From Geotalea uraniireducens Rf4 (GTDB lineage Bacteria > Desulfobacterota > Desulfuromonadia > Geobacterales > Geobacteraceae): a stretch of DNA of 32,000 nt. The stretch spans positions 1,890,001 through 1,922,000 of the forward strand of contig NC_009483.1 of the NCBI RefSeq assembly GCF_000016745.1. Reading direction: 5' to 3'. The position numbers and the translations under genes were made by a program. Under the pieces are notes generated by a model. It was given only the letters and a program-made list of their open reading frames with translations, was not told where the DNA came from and ran no database searches. Positions 16,005-22,771 of this stretch are shown here, piece after piece (position 1 is the stretch's first letter; each line of letters opens with the position of its first letter).

Positions 16005-16160
16005 ATGAACAAGCCGGCCGCATACTTTATGATGTTTTTTGTCCTCTCCATAGTCTCCTTTGGCACGTGGCAACTGTTCCAGGGTAACCTGGAAGCTGCC
16101 TTCTCATCTTTTCCCTTTCTGCTTATTGCATATTTTTTCGTAAAACCTCTGCGGAAGTAG
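16005..16160 (+). CDS. Possible 51-aa two-TM membrane microprotein (below the ORF-track length cut-off), possibly leaderless
   Basis: My translation: MNKPAAYFMMFFVLSIVSFGTWQLFQGNLEAAFSSFPFLLIAYFFVKPLRK*. TTGACA (15968-15973)-N18-TACTAT (15992-15997) would place a transcription start at about the ATG. No SD. Confidence 0.3.
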   Translation: MNKPAAYFMMFFVLSIVSFGTWQLFQGNLEAAFSSFPFLLIAYFFVKPLRK

Positions 16161-16212
16161 CGCCGATCTATCCACTCTACGACTAGTACACTGTAATACT
16201 TATTCTTTCGCA

Positions 16213-16315
16213 GCTAACCCCTCCTGTCCTCCCCTTAATTAAGGGGAGGGACGTGCTAAGTGAGCTGGCTGGTTTGCTCCCCCTCTTAAGATAAGAGGGG
16301 GTTGGGGGGAGTTAG
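16213..16315 (+). repeat. ~103-bp structured repeat element (family copy 1): CTAAC...GTTAG ends enclosing two G/C hairpins
   Basis: GCTAACCCCTCC ... CCTCCCCTTAATTAAGGGGAGG ... CCCCCTCTTAAGATAAGAGGGGG ... GGGGGAGTTAG. It shares all four modules with the reverse complement of 30547..30652. Confidence 0.85.
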
Positions 16316-16334
16316 ATTTAGATGTTTCATGGTA

Positions 16335-17207
16335 CTAGCCGAGGCGGATGAATAATATTCCGGCAAGGATCAGCGCGGCAGCAAAGAAGCGGATGCGTCC
16401 GCACGACTCACCGAGAAAGAGAATGCCGATGAGGACTCCGGCGAGTACGCTCACCTGCCGCACCGGCACGGCGTAGCTCATGGGAGCGAGTGCAAGGCCG
16501 TAGCGGAAGGAGAGGAAAGAGCCCATCAACATCGGCCCGCCCGCCAGAATGAAGCCCCGGTTCTCCTGCCACTCGGCGACGATCTGGGAGCGGTAGCCGG
16601 CGCGGAGAAGGTTGACGGTCATGATCGCCAGCATGGAGACGACGAGGATGTAGGTGAAGTAAAGAGGGGAATAGTAATGAACGCCGGTTTTGTCGATGAT
16701 CGCTCCCAGTGAGTAGACGAAACCGGCAGCAAGCGCCGCCTGGACAGAATGATCAACGAGGCTGCAGAAGGGGCGCAGCAACTCCTTCATGGTCAGGCGC
16801 CGCATCTGGATCAGATACGCCCCCGCCATGACAAGGCTGATGCCGCAAAGTCCGGCAAAGCTGAGGTGCTCGCCCAGGAACAGGACACCCCAGAGCGGGA
16901 CGTAAAGCATTGCCGTCTGCGAAAGTGGGTAGGTCAGCGAAAGGTCGCCGGCTTGATAGGCGCGACCTATGAAAAGGTGGTAGAGGACGAAACAGAAGGC
17001 CCCTGCTGCGCTGAGAAAGATAACAACCATGCCCGGGCGGGGAAACGGCCCGGGCAGCAGCGGAAGAGCCAGGGTGAAGAGCCCCGTTGAACAGACGAAG
17101 ATCCACCAGATGAAGACCGTCTTGTTGCGGCTTCGTTTGATGAGGAGGTTGTAAATGGCGTGCATGATGCCGGAGAAGAGGATCAGGAAAAAAGCCAGAG
17201 AATTCAT
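16335..17207 (-). CDS. EamA/DMT-superfamily transporter
   Basis: 290 aa with ~10 hydrophobic segments in two similar halves. The N-terminal GIMHAIYNLLIKR is typical of EamA-domain permeases. Confidence 0.8.
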   Translation of the reverse strand: MNSLAFFLILFSGIMHAIYNLLIKRSRNKTVFIWWIFVCSTGLFTLALPLLPGPFPRPGMVVIFLSAAGAFCFVLYHLFIGRAYQAGDLSLTYPLSQTAMLYVPLWGVLFLGEHLSFAGLCGISLVMAGAYLIQMRRLTMKELLRPFCSLVDHSVQAALAAGFVYSLGAIIDKTGVHYYSPLYFTYILVVSMLAIMTVNLLRAGYRSQIVAEWQENRGFILAGGPMLMGSFLSFRYGLALAPMSYAVPVRQVSVLAGVLIGILFLGESCGRIRFFAAALILAGILFIRLG

Positions 17208-17334
17208 GAATTATATTGTAGCTAAAAAATATATTTAGCGATACTAAAAAATCCGTTCGTCAAATATTTCTTTATCTTGATCGTGGAGAAAGGTGAGGGG
17301 CCAGGCTGGCTTTTAGTCAAGCAGTCCGGCCCCT

Positions 17335-17457
17335 TTCCAATTTCAAATCAAGGCGCTATCTTCGTTGGCTCGTCTTCGGCTCCTCAACGTACTATCTGTA
17401 CGCCTTCGTCGCCTCACTCCTCGCCGCCTTGATTTCATCCTTGATTTGAAATTGGAA
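17335..17457. repeat. 19-bp perfect inverted repeat (TTCCAATTTCAAATCAAGG / CCTTGATTTGAAATTGGAA) flanking 85 nt
   Basis: Arms at 17335-17353 and 17439-17457, read directly. A second partial right arm, CGCCTTGATTTCA (17426-17438), offers an alternative pairing with 17345-17355. Confidence 0.85.
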
Positions 17458-17481
17458 TAAGCCGGTTCCGCGTCGAATTCC

Positions 17482-18366
17482 CTACTTCGAGAGCAGGTAG
17501 CGCCCCACCCAGTTCTTGGAGAACTGGAATGCTGTCCGGCCGCAACGTTTGGTCTTGTCATGGGACCATTTTATGGCGTCTTGTTCCAGTTCCTTTGTCC
17601 AGGGAATTTCCACTTCCCGTTCGCGTGCCTGTCTCTCGACGCAGAGGCGAACTGCGTCCAGATAGCGGTCCTGGGAGAAGGCGTGAAAAGCGATCCAGAG
17701 GCCGAAGCGGTCGGAGAGGGAAACCTTCTCCTCCATTGCCTCACTCTGCTGAAGCTCTCCATTGACGAACTTTCCGCCGATATGGTCGGTTTCATATTCG
17801 GGGAGGAGGTGGCGGCGGTTGGAGGTCACGTAGATCAGGACGTTTTCAGGGGCCGAGTAGACCGAGCCGTCGAGGGCGCTCTTGAGCATCTTGTAGCTGA
17901 GCTCGCCGACCTCGAAGGTGAGATCGTCGCAGAGCAGAATGAAGCGGTACGGTTCATTCTCGACGGCGGTGAAGATGTCGGACAGGTAGATCAGGTCTTC
18001 TTTTTCGACCTGGATGGCGCGCAGACCCTGAGGGGCGAATTCGTTGAGCAGGGCTTTCACTATGGATGATTTGCCCGTACCGCGCGAGCCCCAGAGCAGG
18101 GCGTTGTTGGCAGGCAGTCCTTTAAGAAACTGGCGCGTGTTGTTGACCATTACCTCTTTCTGCTTCTCGACCCCTAGCAGTTCGTCGAGAGAGGTCGTGT
18201 CGGTCACTTTGACCGGCTCCAGAAAACCGGAAAATGAGTGGCGGCGCCAGTTGGCAGCGTGGCATTTTGCCCAATCGATCGGCTTGATGGCCTTGGGGAG
18301 CAACATTTCTACGGAGCCGAGCACGCGCTCAAGCTGGGCAACAACTTCGGGTTTCAGATTCATCAT
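17482..18366 (-). CDS. DUF815-type AAA-like ATPase
   Basis: P-loop GSRGTGKSSIV and Walker B-like ILLCDDLTFE. The overall layout matches the DUF815 family (PF05673) as I remember it. Tandem ATG ATG start. Confidence 0.75.
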   Translation of the reverse strand: MMNLKPEVVAQLERVLGSVEMLLPKAIKPIDWAKCHAANWRRHSFSGFLEPVKVTDTTSLDELLGVEKQKEVMVNNTRQFLKGLPANNALLWGSRGTGKSSIVKALLNEFAPQGLRAIQVEKEDLIYLSDIFTAVENEPYRFILLCDDLTFEVGELSYKMLKSALDGSVYSAPENVLIYVTSNRRHLLPEYETDHIGGKFVNGELQQSEAMEEKVSLSDRFGLWIAFHAFSQDRYLDAVRLCVERQAREREVEIPWTKELEQDAIKWSHDKTKRCGRTAFQFSKNWVGRYLLSK

Positions 18367-18482
18367 GTTTCTTTTTCTCTCTCTCTTTAAAATATGGATT
18401 GTCTGCCCCCTCAGCCGATCCGGACAGTCGCCTGATCGACACGAAAGCAGGAAACCGAGGAGGGCGAAATACGTCTATATCC

Positions 18483-18565
18483 CCCTAACCCCGATGAATG
18501 GGATAAGTCCCTTCACGAAAAATTCTTCGCAAAAAACATGCAAATAATTTTTCTAAGGGACTAAA
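18483..18565 (-). repeat. 83-nt repeat, copy B (inverted partner of 15126..15208)
   Basis: See copy A. It lies ~117 nt upstream of the DUF815 ATPase start, in the same relative orientation as copy A has to the response regulator gene. Confidence 0.95.
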
Positions 18566-18741
18566 GAACACCCATGAAAGGTGGCTAACTATGTGGAAAG
18601 AGGCCATAAGTGGCGGGCAACTTTGTATACGTCATCTTCTTGTCTGCTGTCAAACCAAAAATCCCGCGAGAGCAATAAGGCATCCGAAATCATGAATCTG
18701 CACAAGGTTTATTAACGATTGGACCGGCGTCAAACAACGAA

Positions 18742-18776
18742 CAAAAAAATACCCTGCGACGGCTGCCGGCAGGGTG
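18742..18776 (-). terminator. Rho-independent terminator after the 66-aa zinc-ribbon gene
   Basis: On the minus strand: CACCCTGCCGGCAGCCGTCGCAGGGT, followed by ATTTTTTTG. Confidence 0.65.
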
Positions 18777-18808
18777 GGGGACATGCAGGAGGGTGAGTTT
18801 TTCAAATA

Positions 18809-19009
18809 CTATGCAGCGAAGCTATAATAAAATTTGTATGCAGCTCCCAGAAATGATTTTTCCTGGGTGTCTTTGACGAGTTTAGTTACGCCGTGATTAA
18901 CAGACCAGATGGATTCACAGACACTGCATTCCATAATGCCTTCCGCGAAGCTATCCGAATGTAGATCAATGTCAACATGTTCATTGTTGTTGCATACGGG
19001 ACATTTCAT
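18809..19009 (-). CDS. Small zinc-ribbon protein (YgiT/MqsA-N-terminal-like CxxC...CxxC), 66 aa
   Basis: MKCPVCNNNEHVDIDLHSDSFAEGIMECSVCESIW. GAGAGGA SD lies 6 nt upstream. Own terminator. Visibly lower G+C than neighbouring genes. Confidence 0.6.
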   Translation of the reverse strand: MKCPVCNNNEHVDIDLHSDSFAEGIMECSVCESIWSVNHGVTKLVKDTQEKSFLGAAYKFYYSFAA

Positions 19010-19286
19010 AATTGTTCCTCTCGATTTCTATTGAATTTAATAAGACTATAAATGCAATTTTGGAGGAATGCAAGAAATAAAACAAAAAAAGTTCAAACAA
19101 AACAATATGTTGGCGAGTTTGCGTGCTACTGGGTAATCCAATTTTCTATTATTTTACTGTTACAGTTTTATTAATACTGTAACGTGCTGAAATGATTGTT
19201 TGATTTGTAGTAAAATCATGTTTTGCTAAATTCCGGCACCCTGATGTCATTGCGGACAATATGCGGCTGCTGAGTTTTTTGATGTA

Positions 19287-20060
19287 TTAACCGGTAATTC
19301 TCCCGCGCCGCAGACTCCGGGCGAGGATCTCGAACGCGAGATCGAGGTTGGTTTCCGGGTTCTGAGCGGGACCGAGCAATCGGACCTGCCCGAGCCGCTT
19401 GAGCAGGCGGTCATCATAGCCGGCCGCCGGGCAGAGCCGGCGCAGTTCACTCGTCAGGTAGGCGAAGTTCAGCTCCCTTGACATCTTCATGGCTGCACCG
19501 AGGCCGTCATAGACCATGCCGCTCTGACTGAAGACAACCGGCGGCCGTTCACCGGCATAAAGGTAGAGGACATTCTCACGTTCCTCTTTGTTCACCTCTT
19601 CCTGGCGTTCGACCTTCTTGGTCAACGGTATGCCTCCGGAAAGAATGGTCCGGCCGAGGCTGAACTTGCGCTCTGTAACCGTTATTGTCTCAGACTGCCC
19701 AAGTATGCGGGTACCGGGGATGAGCAGGTCGATATCTCCATAGGCGATTTCGGCGCATTGCCCGTCTACGGCCTCGATGCGCAGTGACCACTCTTTCAGC
19801 TCAAAACGGCGTACGACGAAACGGCCGGCCTTGTTGCGAACCGCGTCGGCGTCGATAATCAGCGTCGCGACTCCGTTCTGGTTCAGTTTCGTCGACAGGG
19901 TCCGGGCCTGTTGCGGATCAGCAAAACTGGCCACAACGGCCGGCCCGCCGCCGATCATGCGTTGCCGCGTTTCGTAGGCCGTTATTCTCAGGGTAACGGC
20001 GAGCGCCTGGACCAATTCCGTTGTTTCTTCCTGCCAGCGATGAATGACGACGACATGCAT
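19287..20060 (-). CDS. Hypothetical protein, 257 aa, no family recognised
   Basis: ATG 20060 follows GGGAGG with a 5-nt spacer. Host-like codon bias. The N-terminal ~70 aa loosely resemble a ribosomal L7/L12 C-terminal-like alpha/beta module (weak impression only). Confidence 0.6.
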   Translation of the reverse strand: MHVVVIHRWQEETTELVQALAVTLRITAYETRQRMIGGGPAVVASFADPQQARTLSTKLNQNGVATLIIDADAVRNKAGRFVVRRFELKEWSLRIEAVDGQCAEIAYGDIDLLIPGTRILGQSETITVTERKFSLGRTILSGGIPLTKKVERQEEVNKEERENVLYLYAGERPPVVFSQSGMVYDGLGAAMKMSRELNFAYLTSELRRLCPAAGYDDRLLKRLGQVRLLGPAQNPETNLDLAFEILARSLRRGRITG

Positions 20061-20210
20061 CCGAACCTCCCAAGATCAAACGGCTGATACGATGTTCATG
20101 TAATTGTAGCAGAAACTACGGGGCGGATAAGAAACTTTTGTGGGCTCTCGCAGTTCGGAGTGACAGCTATGTAAAAATAATCAATAAAAGATTAAAAAAA
20201 TCAAAAACAT

Positions 20211-20219
20211 TGCTATAAT
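20211..20219 (+). promoter_or_regulatory. Extended -10 promoter element TGCTATAAT upstream of the HTH gene
   Basis: Read directly. It sits in a very A/T-rich tract 24 nt upstream of ATG 20243. An AAGGA SD lies between them. Confidence 0.4.
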
Positions 20220-20242
20220 TAAAGAAAAAAAAGGAAATTGCC

Positions 20243-20425
20243 ATGTCATTCGCGAAAACCTGGTACACCCTGGAAGAGGCAGCAGAAAAATACGGTTTGG
20301 AGAAGGGGATGATCCTCAAGTGGGTCGATGAAGGGGTGGTCCGGTCCGAGGAGGCCGACAAAAAAGTCGTGCGGGTCAATGCCGACGATCTGGAACTAAA
20401 GGTGCAGGAGATGACCGGCATCTGA
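20243..20425 (+). CDS. Small excisionase/MerR-type helix-turn-helix DNA-binding protein (60 aa)
   Basis: [27 protein letters not shown] fits the HTH_17/Xis-like pattern (Y/L-T-x-x-E-A-A-x-x-x-G-x-x-x-x-x-I-x-x-W). Confidence 0.6.
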   Translation: MSFAKTWYTLEEAAEKYGLEKGMILKWVDEGVVRSEEADKKVVRVNADDLELKVQEMTGI

Positions 20426-20459
20426 GCAACAGAGTTGCAACCGTCCATCCGACAGGTTC

Positions 20460-20990
20460 CTAGTGTCGCCGGTAGGTTCCCATGATCTCTCCCTTGGCCA
20501 GAATATGCCCCTCCATCGCCCGCTCCAGCGCCGTCTTGGTGGTTGACGACGGAAGGTCGAGGGTGGTATCGAGGGCGTAGAGCTTGAAATAGTAGCGGTG
20601 GGTTCCCGAAGGAGGACAGGGGCCGCCGTAGCGGTTCCGCTTCCAGTCGTTCAGGCCTTGGACTGCGCCGTTAGGGATGCTGTTTTCCTTGATTTCCCGG
20701 GTCTGGGGAGGGATGTTCCAGACGACCCAATGAACCCAGGTCCCCACCGGAGCGTCCGGGTCGTCCACGATGAGAGCCAGGGATCGGGTGCCGACCGGAA
20801 CCGCGTCGAACGCCAGTGCCGGGTTAAGGTCTTGTCCGTCGCAGGTGAAGCGAGCCGGAATCGCACCCTTGTTGGTAAATGCCGGGCTCGTGATTTTCAG
20901 GTCACCCATTTTGCGCCCCTCCTTTCCCATGACCGTTGCCGGCATGAGCATGCCGGCCAGCAAAATAACCAGTGCGGTTTGCACTCTCAT
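20460..20990 (-). CDS. Exported YbhB/YbcL-family PEBP (Raf kinase inhibitor-like) protein
   Basis: Signal peptide MRVQTALVILLAGMLMPATVMG. LIVDDPDAP..GTWVHWVVWNIP and GYGGPCPPSGTHRYYFKLYALD are PEBP signatures. AAGGAG SD. Confidence 0.88.
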   Translation of the reverse strand: MRVQTALVILLAGMLMPATVMGKEGRKMGDLKITSPAFTNKGAIPARFTCDGQDLNPALAFDAVPVGTRSLALIVDDPDAPVGTWVHWVVWNIPPQTREIKENSIPNGAVQGLNDWKRNRYGGPCPPSGTHRYYFKLYALDTTLDLPSSTTKTALERAMEGHILAKGEIMGTYRRH

Positions 20991-21447
20991 CTTTTTGATC
21001 TCCTTGACTATTTCTACAAAAAGCTTAACCCTGGTCGGGTAAAAAGCAACAAAAACATGGCAGATTTAAAAGCCTTTCCTTTCGAATCAGGACAAATAAA
21101 AAGGACCAGCGCTTTCGCGTTGGCCCCTTCTGCGTTCACCCCTTGCGGTATGGATTTTAGCTTATGTCTCCGATAACTCTGTTGTTGCTTCCCGACAGGT
21201 TTTACACGCGATTAATGACTAGAAGGATTTTTTTGTAATCCGTCTCTTCTCCAATCGTGGGAGCGGAGACATAATATCTTTTTTCACCTTCCTTTGATTA
21301 TAGAATAGCCCATTCGAAGAAAAATTGCAAATCGCCTGCCGCTGCGAAGGCTTGCCGGATCAGGGTTTTCAGGTATTCAGGAGATGGCTTTACGCCTGGT
21401 TCTTCAACGGGGTGCAATGCCAAGAGCAATGGCTGCCGTTAATATAT

Positions 21448-21756
21448 TCATTGCATGCTGTTTTGCCGGTCTGCGCCGAAAATGCCGAGCAACAGGCGGT
21501 GGGGGCCGGGAATGCCGGTCGGAACGAAGGCAACCCGGTCCCCCGCCTGGATGAGGTGGTCGAGGCCATGAACCACGTGGTTGACGAACACTGCTTCTAT
21601 CTTCTTCATGGGGAGATCGAGGTCGTGGGCGAGATCTTGCGCCGTGCGCCCCTCCGGCGGGATGGTCACTTCGGTCGTTGATTCCAGCCCCTGTTCCTTC
21701 CTGAAAGAGTGCAGCGCTCCGAACATCCTTACCTTTGTGTTGGTTTGCGTAGACAT
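21448..21756 (-). CDS. ThiS/MoaD-like beta-grasp protein lacking a C-terminal Gly-Gly
   Basis: ATG 21756 follows AAGGAG. VRMFGALHSF...VFVNHVVHGLDHLIQAGDRVAFVP resembles the MoaD/ThiS fold pattern, but the protein ends ...GIFGADRQNSMQ. Confidence 0.45.
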   Translation of the reverse strand: MSTQTNTKVRMFGALHSFRKEQGLESTTEVTIPPEGRTAQDLAHDLDLPMKKIEAVFVNHVVHGLDHLIQAGDRVAFVPTGIPGPHRLLLGIFGADRQNSMQ

Positions 21757-21877
21757 GGCAACTCCTTTTCTGATTGGATTTTGCTGATGTTTGCAAATAT
21801 GAGCCACTACCGGTTATCCGGGTTCGGCAGTTGAGGGGGGATACCCCATAACTGTTGCCTGTCGAGCCATTTCAATC

Positions 21878-21893
21878 AAACGTTTGTTTGAAT
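21878..21893. promoter_or_regulatory. AAACGTTTGTTTGAAT motif (contains palindrome CAAACGTTTG), candidate TetR operator upstream of the beta-grasp gene
   Basis: 14/16 identical to 22608..22623. It lies between the TetR stop and the beta-grasp gene start. Confidence 0.4.
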
Positions 21894-21910
21894 GAATGAT
21901 AAAAAAAGCC

Positions 21911-22501
21911 CTACTTCAACACACCATTCGTGAAGATGTCCATGATGTGTCTGATCAACTCTTCGTCCCGCTCGGGGGAGTGGTCTACCAACTCTCCTGT
22001 TGCAGGCTCCAGGAGGAAGTAGAAATTGATCATGCCTGCCAGGGCGAGGGCCGTGTCTGTCGGGTCGAGCCCTTCCCGAAATTTATGGTGCGACAGCCCG
22101 TCGGTAAAGAACTCCTGGAGGGTCTTCACTACCCCTTGGATCGCCGGCTTGACGATGGTGGCAAAACAGGGGGTCGGGTTGGTGAGTTCGCTCGTATAGA
22201 ACCTGAGGAGATACGGGTTTAGCCGGTAACGGGCGACGGTGCCCCGGACGTAGAACTCGAATTTTTTAAGGGGATCGGTATCCATCAGTGCAATCTCAGC
22301 CACGCCCTGCAAAACCGCGAACTGCTCATTGAGGACGGCGCCGTAGAGCCCTTCCTTGCCGCCGAAATAGTAAGAGATCATGGAGACGTTTACGCCTGCG
22401 ACGCCTGCGATCTCCCGCACACTCACACCCTTGAACCCCTTCTCGGCGAAGAGAGGGGTGGCGAGGGTGATCAGGTTGGCGCGGCAGTCGTTGTCAGCCA
22501 T
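21911..22501 (-). CDS. TetR/AcrR-family transcriptional regulator
   Basis: LITLATPLFAEKGFKGVSVREIAGVAGVNVSMISYYFGGKEGLY is the TetR HTH. The start is ambiguous: ATG 22501 or TTG 22513. A 9-codon uORF (22494..22523) with an AAGGAG SD ends 5 nt past ATG 22501. Confidence 0.85.
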   Translation of the reverse strand: MADNDCRANLITLATPLFAEKGFKGVSVREIAGVAGVNVSMISYYFGGKEGLYGAVLNEQFAVLQGVAEIALMDTDPLKKFEFYVRGTVARYRLNPYLLRFYTSELTNPTPCFATIVKPAIQGVVKTLQEFFTDGLSHHKFREGLDPTDTALALAGMINFYFLLEPATGELVDHSPERDEELIRHIMDIFTNGVLK

Positions 22502-22607
22502 GATGGGCACCAAATTGTATCATGCGGCTTATTACTCCTTCGTGAAGGTGGCGCTGAACGCGGTTTCGTTTTTGCGGCAGTAAGTTACATCACGGTGGCA
22601 ACCAAAC

Positions 22608-22623
22608 AAACATTTGTTTAAAT
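22608..22623. promoter_or_regulatory. AAACATTTGTTTAAAT motif (inverted AAACAAA-CA-TTTGTTT), candidate TetR auto-operator
   Basis: It lies immediately downstream (minus strand) of the -10 of the promoter at 22625..22652. Confidence 0.45.
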
Positions 22624-22624
22624 T

Positions 22625-22652
22625 ATTGTAAACGAATTGTGGGCAAATGCAA
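22625..22652 (-). promoter_or_regulatory. Sigma70-type promoter TTGCAT-N16-TACAAT for the TetR gene
   Basis: On the minus strand: TTGCAT (22652-22647), 16-nt spacer, TACAAT (22630-22625). Confidence 0.5.
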
Positions 22653-22713
22653 CCTCACTTTTGGAAAATCTTTTTATTGATCACTTATGCGACGCTTGAA
22701 TGAAGAGATGCAG

Positions 22714-22745
22714 AAAAAAAGACCCGCGGAAGCGGGTCTTTTTGT
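22714..22745 (-). terminator. Rho-independent (bidirectional-type) terminator after the fumarase gene
   Basis: GACCCGC-GGAA-GCGGGTC, flanked by an A7 run and a T run. Confidence 0.8.
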
Positions 22746-22771
22746 TTGTAGCGTGCCAAATGTCCTGTGTT

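Noticed and set aside
19155-19184. TACTGTTACAG / TACTGTAACG direct repeats 20 bp apart (SOS/LexA-box-like CTGT)
   Set aside because: They do not satisfy CTGT-N8-ACAG. They may be an operator within the A/T-rich islet, but with only two short copies I cannot separate this from chance in A/T-rich DNA.
21219-21272. 17-codon minus-strand mini-ORF (MSPLPRLEKRRITKKSF) with AAGGAAGG and a TATAAT upstream, in the long leader of the PEBP gene
   Set aside because: It is too short to evaluate, and no attenuator-type alternative structures were found around it. It may be a leader peptide but is unsupported.
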